NCBI RefSeq assembly: GCF_021028975.2
Contig: NC_059436.1
Location: 27,466,001 to 27,530,000 of the forward strand
DNA from: Sphaerodactylus townsendi
Taxonomy: Eukaryota
DNA length: 64,000 nt
Direction of reading: 5' to 3'
The notes beneath the pieces were generated by a model. The model searched no databases, had not been told where the DNA came from, and saw nothing but the letters and a program-made list of their open reading frames with translations. Position numbers and translations under genes: made by a program. Of this stretch, positions 55,459 to 64,000 are shown in pieces. Within the stretch, counting starts at the first letter, position 1; each line of letters begins with the position of its first letter.

Positions 55459-56821
55459 ATAGAGGTCACTGACCTAGGCAGCAACACATTAAGCACTTGT
55501 TTAGTTCTCATGCTTCCAGTTGTTGTTGAAGATACACAGACAAACGTGGCTCCTTCATCCGATCCTTCAGTACCATGGCTAAGAGAATAAGGGGTTTTCT
55601 TTCAGAAATGCAGGTCTACCATTTCGGTTTGTCCTTGTCTGGTACAGCTGCAGAAGGATGATGCACGACACTTTCTTATGTCAGCCGAGGCATATAAACT
55701 AAGTGGGCATCTATAAGATAACCAGAAATCCTCAGTAGCCAGGATAACACAAGCATTTCATTGTCAGTTAAGGATCTGACCTTGTTAGAACATACAAGCT
55801 GGGAGATGTGTCCGGTCTTGCAAGGGCACCTCATTTCCACTTCCCCATAGCGCCTCCTTTTCTTGAATTTTCCACTCCTTTCCACCCACTAGGCAACCTC
55901 ACCTTTATCTGCATTGTGTTCAGCTTTTCCTTTTGGCAGCCTGAACATGAGGAAAATATGGCCCATGTCAGCGGCCCATTTTTTCTGCAAGCCTCAGTCA
56001 TGTTTCTGCTTTATACAAAGATTTGTTTTGTCTATGAATCCAGTTGCTCGCTGTGAAGTATTTCTACAGTTGACCATGAGAATTAGATATACTGATTGTT
56101 GCTAGTTCTCTCAATGACTTTTTTTATTGCCAAAAGGAAGAGAATGCTATATGCTTGAATTTAGTGACTATTGTCATTTAGCACAGCCTTCCGTACAACT
56201 TAAAGTTAAGGTCTATGTTGAACAGATGCTATTCTATGAAACAGCAAACTTAACTGACTATATAATGAGCCCTTGCATATTCTGCATGGGCCAGCTCTAT
56301 CACAGCAAGGTATTTCTTAGCTCTGCAAGGTTAATGTAAATGACCATCTTTTTGTATGGTAGTGCAGCTAAATCTTAGCTTTGATAGCAGCATTCCTCTG
56401 CTGTCCAGAAAAAGCCTGCAGGCACAATCAGTCTCAGAGCACCATAGATCCAGTTTGTTAGAGTGAATGTACAGCGACACAAAGGAAGCTATTTCCAGAA
56501 GGCCCAACCCCTGAAAGCAAGATGAATTAAAGCTTCAGACTGAAGTCACTCTCCATCCCAGCACAGAAACATCTGTTGGCCTAGCTGAAACCCAAGAGGA
56601 GTTTCTGACATAGAGTTCTTTAATGAGGTAGGGGGAAGCACTTCCTTCATTATATGTTTATCCTCTCATTTATGTGTGTGTCTTAATTGGGAGAGGAGGG
56701 AAACAGGGTGGAGGTGTGCCTTTCCAAATGCTTATTGTTCCTATCCTTTCATCGCAAGTCTCAATGCTGGTTTTAGAAACAAATAGGAATACTAAATACA
56801 TAAAAGGAGTCAAAAGATGAC

Positions 56822-56827
56822 TTTATT
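56822..56827 (-). promoter_or_regulatory. COX5B polyadenylation signal
   Basis: AATAAA on the minus strand about 70 nt after the stop codon. Confidence 0.75.
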
Positions 56828-56895
56828 AGGTATACAGAACATGTTACATTCCTTCACAACTACAAATGAACCACTCTGCAGGCTTTAAACTCAAA

Positions 56896-57005
56896 TTATG
56901 GCAGCTCATGTGGAACTAGCTTATAATAAGACCCACAAGAAGGGCAGCGTTGGGCTTCTCCCTTGTGCAGCCAGAACCAGATCACGGTACTGTTGTCTTC
57001 TTCAC
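56896..57005 (-). CDS. COX5B: COX5B exon 4 (to stop)
   Basis: [36 protein letters not shown]. Confidence 0.94.
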
Positions 57006-60000
57006 CTGCATTGTGGGGAAGTAACAGAAGATTAGATAGCGGCTACATGGGGAAAGAACTGTTAAAATAGACACAGTTTTGGAAGAGTGCTCTTGATTCT
57101 AAATGTGCCTTTGAATCTCAAAGTTTATGTAAACAATGATAGCCATTTAACTAACTGGCAGAAGTGATCATGGAGTTTTTCAGGTCAGTGAACAACCTAG
57201 AGCAGCTCTGCTAATAGCCCCATATCACTAGCAAACAAGGCTGTGTTCTAGGCAATAATACAAGTTTTCTTAAAATTTTATGATCACTCACTGGTTCTAG
57301 ATAGCCAGGTAAGATGCTTTTATGGCGTGATATAGTTTTGTGTACTGACCTTTGTGTGCTGGCAGGTGAACCTTACAACATGGAGCATAATTAACTTTTG
57401 CAGAGGCTACACTGCAGGTAGTATTCCTTGTGGCATTTCACAACCATATTCCTTTTTCCAAGGGAAAGCCTTCCAGACCCCAAAAGACTGCTCTTTTCCT
57501 CAACTGTGATTTCACAGGGTGACCACAGAGACACGATTCCCTTGAAATGATGTAACTACCAATCGTCACCATTAAGTGCTAAAAATACTTTGTTTACCCA
57601 AGGAGATACTTACAGATGCAGCCCACAAGCCGCTTCTCATTGATGGAAGGGACTATGTTGGGCTCTTCCTTTGTCCCAGGATAGTGTGGTGGTGGAAGAG
57701 TGCTGTATGGATCCTACAGCGAACAGGGAAGAATAAGACTGAAGAGCAATGGATAAAAAGCTAGACATCCAGAACAGGTACACCAAGGTTTCAGCAATGT
57801 ACTAATCTTCCTCTCCACTCTCAAGTTCTTAGCAGAAGATCAACCTCCAGCTTCAGACCTCAAATCTTCCTTCTGAGTCATCACACTCCAACAACAGCAC
57901 TTAGTTGGTACTTTTCTGTCATTAGCATTCTGGGTCAATATAAAAACCTAAGTGAGTCATACCCTGGCCAGCCTCGCTGCACTACAATCAGCTGCTAGTT
58001 TTTCTGATCCTGAATTAACAAAACAGGACAAGGCAACACTTCTGTTTTTTGGTTAAAGACTATGAAAGTCAGTTGGCTACTATTTACTTAAACATGCATA
58101 TGGGATGGCTGTCATTTTTCTTCCTTGCCCCATATCAGTAATTTCCTCACCAGCCCTTTCTCCATAGCTTTCATGATTTTTCTCTCCAGTCCTGTAGCCT
58201 GTTCTTCATCAGTTGGGATACCTGGGGCAGAGAAGGACAATGACTCAAAGGGCAGTTTGAGATGGAAGACCTTACTAGTCTCCTCCGCCACAAATACAAA
58301 GATGATCTTATCCATGCTTTACACACATCCGCACAAGTAATTAAAATGATCTGAGCACCACTGAACAGTCTCAGCACCCAAAACTGAATCCCAGTACTAG
58401 GCACACAGCCCAATATAAAGGTAGACACAGGAATATCTGTAGGCCTGATACCCATTTTACTATTTAATCTTAAGATACAGCACTAGATGCAACATTACAC
58501 AGAGCTCAAGGAAAGATTTGCCAGTGCCTTTCCCTCTGTACTTCAGAGAGGCATGTAGAACAGGACTGCAAGTCAGTAACACAGCTGTAGTATTTCAACA
58601 CCTTTAAAATATTTTATATACAACACATTTCAAGAGAATATCTTAATGTTGTATTCACTTGGGCTTACAGCCAGGGTTTTATATTCTCATTCTTTTACTG
58701 GTTCTAGATCTTTTCACGTGCTTTTGGAGATTTAATCCTTGAAACACTGATTTTAGGATGGTTTCTTGTTCACTTCCCCAGAAGCTATGAGAGACAGCAT
58801 ACAAAATATCTAATGATAAGCACCAACTATAATACTGGCATATGTACCAGTATGTATACTTTACCTTATGTAAGGAGTCAGTTACGAATAGCCTAAAACT
58901 ATTGCTAGTCCAGGCTAAAAAAACTAGTCAAAGAATACAGTTCTGGATCTGAAGATGAGTTCTAGCCTTACTCCAACCATGGATATACCGCATGAAAGAC
59001 CTAGGACAGTGGTGGCGAACCTATGGCACGCGTACCAGAGGCAGCACTCAGAGCCCTATTTGTGGGCATGTGCAAACAGAGTGCCTCCCCCCCACATCTA
59101 GGCTAGGCTGGGCTGCTGGGCTCGATTATTAGCATTAAACCTAAGACTTTGTTTTGGGGAAGCAGTGTAGGTAACCCTGTTAAGTGGTGTTAAACCCCAC
59201 TGATTTTCATGCGAAGAACTAAAGCGCGATCCTTTACCTGGGAGTAAGCTTGGGTGCTGGCAATGGGGCTTGCTTCTAAGTAAACCTTCCAAGGGTCGTG
59301 ATTCACCCGTTGGAAGAGTTGCACGGTTGCTTCAAAGCAAAGTCACCGACTACAACCAAGCTTACTCCTGAGTAAAGCACGGTTCAGAGCCAACCGTTTT
59401 TTCTAAACTAAAACCTCAGTATCCAGGTTAAATGGCCGTGTTGGCACTTTGCGATAAATACGTGGGTTTTGGGTTGCAATTTGGGCACTCGGTCTTGAAA
59501 AGGTTCGCCATTGCTGACCTAGGAGATGGTCTTTCAAGTAAAAAATCAAACGCTGCTGCTGCTAAACTCTTCCTAACTCAGGATCTGCTCTCCCATTTCA
59601 TCTTTGCCAGATAATAGGCTTTCCTTGAAAAATCACATTACTTCTGCACAACAGTAGCACATTACTAGTATAAAATAAATGAATAGTAGTAATCAGCAGT
59701 AAGAACAGTGGCTCTTGGAAGCACCAGGGCTGTCTTGCATTTTATAGGCCCTCAGGGAAAGCAGGGTGTGAAAGACATACACAATTGCAGAGGAGACTGT
59801 GATACTAAATCAGAGGTAAATGCCAATGTCCATTTGTTGTTATAAAAATGAACATTAATATTGTTTATTATCTTTAGTAAAACATATGTTAAATGTCCAA
59901 TAACAAATATTTATAGTTTGGTATAGTATTTATTTATTTATTTATTGACAAGTCACAAGATAAATAGATGAGCACAGGGCCCCTGTGCTCATGGGGGCCC

Positions 60001-61007
60001 CAGGCAACTACCCAGCATGCCCATGCATTAAGATGGCTCTGGCTGGGAAGCACGATACCAAGACATAACTGTAATTATTATTATTCAGTGAACGCTCTCC
60101 TGCCCACTACAATTTCAAATACATTCTCAATTCACTTAACAAAACCAGCATAAACAATGACTATACAGGAAGAGAAAGGAGTGATTTACATCACATAATC
60201 CCGATGCTGCATGTGAAGGAAAGCATCCATCACACTGAAAACACTGGGCATAGTAGATCACAAAGAGAACTTGGGGAATAGACCCCTCTTACATGGTACT
60301 ACTACTTCCATCCTCCTAATAAGCATGGAACTTCCACATTAACAGACACTGATCTCAGAGTAATGTGAGAAGATCGTGCTCTCTTCCACTTGAGGCAATA
60401 TGAACCGATTATAGTTGCAACCTTTTCGCTGACAAATTTCTACATCATACCAACAACGTATTCAATAAATCGGGCCAGTGAAGCCATCTAAAACTGCATA
60501 TATATACAAGATTCCCCTCTGTGATTGATTTTCAGAACACAGTCTTCTATCTATCGCAAGCCAGCTAACTTAATACTTTATATAGCGGCTTTAAAATTCT
60601 TTACCTTAGGGACAAGCCTAGTCTACTTTGCTTTAATAAACCCTACCTAGGATTCCCAACATTTTATTTCGAGAACGTTAAGAATGCCTTTTTAGATCAT
60701 GCCTAGCCTATTAAAAGTGCAACATGTAGCGAGCATGTGGAAACTCCACTAAAGCAGCCAAGTGGTCGCTGCTGGACGGCAGCTGTCACCCACTCCCGGT
60801 CCTACAAAAGCAAAACCCCGTCACTGAGCCTGCCCAGCTACAAGACCTCCAGGCGCCATTTAAGGGCAGCCCAAGCTCACCTCCAGTTTTCAAAGAGTAA
60901 GAGGCCCCCGATTGACGCAGAGGACCAAAGCTCATCGAGCCGAGGGCATTTCGGCCCTCGCTTAAGCCCCGAAGGGCAGCGCACACCCGCAGTAACCTTG
61001 ACGCCAT
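56896..61007 (-). CDS. COX5B: Cytochrome c oxidase subunit 5B precursor, 135 aa; join(60881-61007,58151-58221,57614-57713,56896-57005)
   Basis: Presequence MASRLLR...; [13 protein letters not shown]; zinc ligands GCICEED and QRCPSCG; four GT-AG exons sum to 408 nt. Confidence 0.95.
57614..57713 (-). CDS. COX5B: COX5B exon 3
   Basis: [33 protein letters not shown]; |gtaagt. Confidence 0.94.
58151..58221 (-). CDS. COX5B: COX5B exon 2
   Basis: [24 protein letters not shown]; |gtgagg. Confidence 0.94.
59007..59516. mobile_element. hAT non-autonomous element in COX5B intron 1
   Basis: TIR CAGTGGTGGCGAACCT / AGGTTCGCCATTGCTG; perfect TSD ACCTAGGA. Confidence 0.88.
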
Positions 61008-61620
61008 AGCAGCCCCGCAGGAGCAAACGGGAGCACTGAGAGGAAGCAGACGTCCCTGGCAACACTTCTTCCGCCTTCCGAACCGGAACTTCCTGTCACT
61101 TGACCGCGCTTCTTCAACTTTCAAAGAGCGGACGTCAATGTTGTAGAGGTCCGAACGGGCTTAAGAGTAACTCCTCAGCCTGCACTTCCGGTGAAAGTTG
61201 AGCCGCCACCCTTGACTATGCTATTTCTCTTTAGACTTCGAGAGACGTCGCTGTATCCTTTGGCAGATTCATAGTGAGCCCTCCTCCACCTCCCCCAGGT
61301 TTTAATTGGAAGAGAGAGCGGAATACTAGATCTCAAACGAGTGATCTGCGGGCCACCGCCGGCAGATTTGATTCTTCTTCCTCCGTAGAGCGGAAGTGCG
61401 GATTAGTGGGGCTGCTCTGACGTACGGTCTGTATGGCGCCCTCCCCCTCAGAGGCTATGTACACCTCACGTGACTACAGCTGTCTTCTCTGAGGCTTTTG
61501 TAGGGGAGCTGGGGCGAGGACTTACTGGAAGGGCTTTATTTATGCGTTTGGCTGGCAAGAGGCAATATTTGGCTATCTACAACTGTACCGCTGCGTCTGC
61601 AAATCTGTGCGTGTTTACTT
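60760..61620. promoter_or_regulatory. CpG-rich COX5B promoter with clustered ETS/GABP sites
   Basis: CTTCCG/CCGGAA at 61068, 61075, 61083 and 61185; GCGGAAGTG at 61390; TCACGTGA near 61466. GABP (NRF-2) is a known regulator of mammalian COX5B. Confidence 0.65.
60881..61007 (-). CDS. COX5B: COX5B exon 1 (mitochondrial presequence)
   Basis: [14 protein letters not shown]...SLKTG; donor G|gtgagc. Confidence 0.88.
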
Positions 61621-61954
61621 GGGAATAAGCCCCATGAACCCATAATTTCGGTTAGTAAAGGTACCTGGGACCGGGCTCTGTGTTTTAAAAAGTACACAGG
61701 CACATCATGTAAACATGTATCATAGGGTTTTGTTGGCATGTTTGGTTTGATGTCTGCCAGTGTAAAATCTCTCCAGGCACTTTTAATGAAATCTTGGTCT
61801 AGTTAGAAGCAGGGAAAGATCTGATGTTTCCATGACTTTGATTCACATGTAATCTAAAAACCATATGACGGTTCTGTCTGAACAGCATACAAAAATGTTT
61901 CTCGGAAAGCGTATTTTCCTGGTTTTAATCACAAAATACCTTAACTGTGGTGCT

Positions 61955-62170
61955 GGAAAATGCTACCAAGTCATAAGTTGATTTATGGTGACCCTGTAGG
62001 GTTTTCTAGGCAAAAGACATTTGGAGTTGGTTTGCTATTGCTGAGCATGAGAGAACTCTGATGGCGTAGTTACTGGCCCAAGATTACCCAGCAGGATTCA
62101 TGTGGAGGAGTGAGGAATCGAACACAGTTCTTCAGCTTAGACTCTGCTGCTCTTAACCAGTACACCAGGC
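61955..62170 (-). mobile_element. SINE with tRNA head and Sauria/RTE-type tail
   Basis: Head as in the 4503 family (ctcttaaccagtacacc on +); tail ttatggtgaccctgtagggttttctaggcaa..tggtttgctattgc. Confidence 0.6.
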
Positions 62171-62474
62171 TTGATTACCAAGTTGTAAAACTTGGAGCTT
62201 CTCTCAGTGTTGTGCTTCTCTCTGTTTACCAGGGTTAAGCAAGAGTTCAGCAGCACCTAAACATTTTAACAAACATCATCACTGCATAAGGTTTTGTTAA
62301 TCAGAGCTTACTTCCTCAAATGCATAGGAAAGTCCATCCAAAGCCATTCAATTTGTACTTGAGACTTAAAGCAGCAGAAAATGCGTGGGGGTGGGGGACT
62401 GCAGAGAAGTTGCACTGAAAAGCGTAATACAAGTAATTAAAGTGTATACATTCCAGACCAAACTTGTTGAATCT

Positions 62475-63134
62475 AAGAGCCACATAGCATAAACTTCAGG
62501 TGTTTGAGAGTCACAAGACATGAACAAATATTACACACGTTTTTATTGTTACGTGCACATTTTGTTCAAACCATTTATATAAATACTAATAAATATATTT
62601 ATGTAATAATAATTATTAATATATGTTACTTCGTTAACATTAAATGAGACTGCCAAAAATAAAAACAAGAGAGGTAAGAATACTGCTAATGATATTTCTT
62701 TGGCTAAGGCTGTAAATATCTGGTCACAACATGGAGAAAAATATGTATATTAGAGATAGATACTGACTATTACTGGATAAAAATATGTAAGTTAGAGATA
62801 GATACTGGCTATTACTTCTAGTGGAAATATTGTGCTTCTTTGCTGTGAATTGTTTAAAATCCAGCTGATATGTTGTCAAGACTATATGAATTACAGGGGT
62901 TACAGGGCTTTGGGCACTTCCTCCTGTGACTCCCTGTACCCAAACTCTTACTGCTTCTTCCATCCTCTGTGCCCCATAGCAAAGTGCAGCAGCATGGCCA
63001 GGGGCAAGGATACACCCTGGGAGTCGTCAGGAGAGGGGGGAACCAACTCAACCAACCAGCCTCCTGGGCCATGAGCCACACATTATGTGGGAAAGAGTCA
63101 CATGTGGCTCATGAGCCATGGTTCGGCCACCCTG
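62475..63134. mobile_element. Old hAT (Charlie-like) remnant containing a 42-bp-period duplication at 62737-62816
   Basis: aagagccaca at the left; gaaagagtcacatgtggctcatgagccatggttcggccaccctg at the right. Confidence 0.45.
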
Positions 63135-63315
63135 ATGTAGACCAATAGTATTGCTCAATATAAAGTTGTTTGGATGTTCTTATTATTGGGGAGGGGAGGC
63201 TTGGTTTATAATTTCATATTAGATTCTGATAAAGTAGTGCTGGATGAGTTACTCTCAGATCTATTTCCTATAGGATTGGGGAGCAAGCCAGAATCATATT
63301 GTAAACCATTCTGAG

Positions 63316-63915
63316 CAGTGTTTCCCAACCTGTGGGTCAGGAGTCAGAAGTGGATTACAGGCCAACTCCCGTCCTTTGCATCCTTTTCTTCCTTTCCTCC
63401 TTGCTAACTTTTCACATTCCCCTCTCTCCATCCCTCTTTATGATAATAATGGTGGGTTGGTAGTAGCTGAGAGGGAGGTTAGAGAGTGGGCGGTGGGCGG
63501 TGTGGGGGGGAGCTCTTAGGAAAAACCAGAGAAGCCTCACTGCCCTCTACCTGCTGTTGAACATGTATTGCATGGAGCCCCTTATTGCCAACCTCTTCAT
63601 TATCATTTACACATACCTCCTCAACTCAGTGCCCCTCTCATCAGTGCACCCCTCAAAACTCCAGCTCTGATCCAGCTGGCAGAGGAGGAGGAAATGAATT
63701 CCCATTGGCTTGGAGTCCACAGTAGGAGCAGTGGCAGAGTATTATGTGAGTAGTATTGTTTTTAGGCACTATAGAAAATGGAATGGTTGAATAAGTGGAT
63801 GCCATGATTCTAGTTTGCCTAGGGCACCCAAACCTTGGGTCACCCATGGATGAGTCAACATACAAAGTATATTTGGATTTGTGGGTCACCATATCAAAAA
63901 GGTTGGGAACCACTT
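63316..63915. mobile_element. hAT non-autonomous element
   Basis: cagtgtttcccaacct / aggttgggaaccact. Confidence 0.55.
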
Positions 63916-64000
63916 GTTTGGAGGATCATATGGGTGAAAAACAGGGAAAGCCAGCGATTAAGGTGGCAGACTAGTACCTGGGAAAGCCAGGGTTGAATGC

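Overview
Vertebrate genomic DNA from a squamate reptile, probably a gecko (inferred from the SINE and MITE content). It holds four intact protein-coding genes. (1) An intronless Y1-subfamily neuropeptide Y receptor that reads as NPY8R/Y8 (2056-3150, -), with a probable untranslated first exon in a CpG island at about 6.2-6.9 kb. (2) A 6-exon MARCH5 paralogue of the fish/amphibian march5l type (24464-29841, -; 298 aa). (3) ACTR1B (11 exons, 34617-52710, +; 376 aa). (4) COX5B (4 exons, 56896-61007, -; 135 aa). All exon junctions were traced by hand, are GT-AG and keep frame. The rest is intron or intergenic DNA rich in SINEs, CR1/L2/Penelope fragments and hAT/Harbinger MITEs, with one 184-N gap. 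The main points of interest are an apparently intact Y8 receptor plus MARCH5-like ohnologue in an amniote, and a 25-nt exact copy of the start of COX5B intron 2 downstream of the ACTR1B stop (antisense to COX5B pre-mRNA). Also notable are two different hAT elements sharing a triplicated target site, and SPIN MITEs whose interior looks like a captured MIR core. Family names come from recalled consensus sequences, not database searches.
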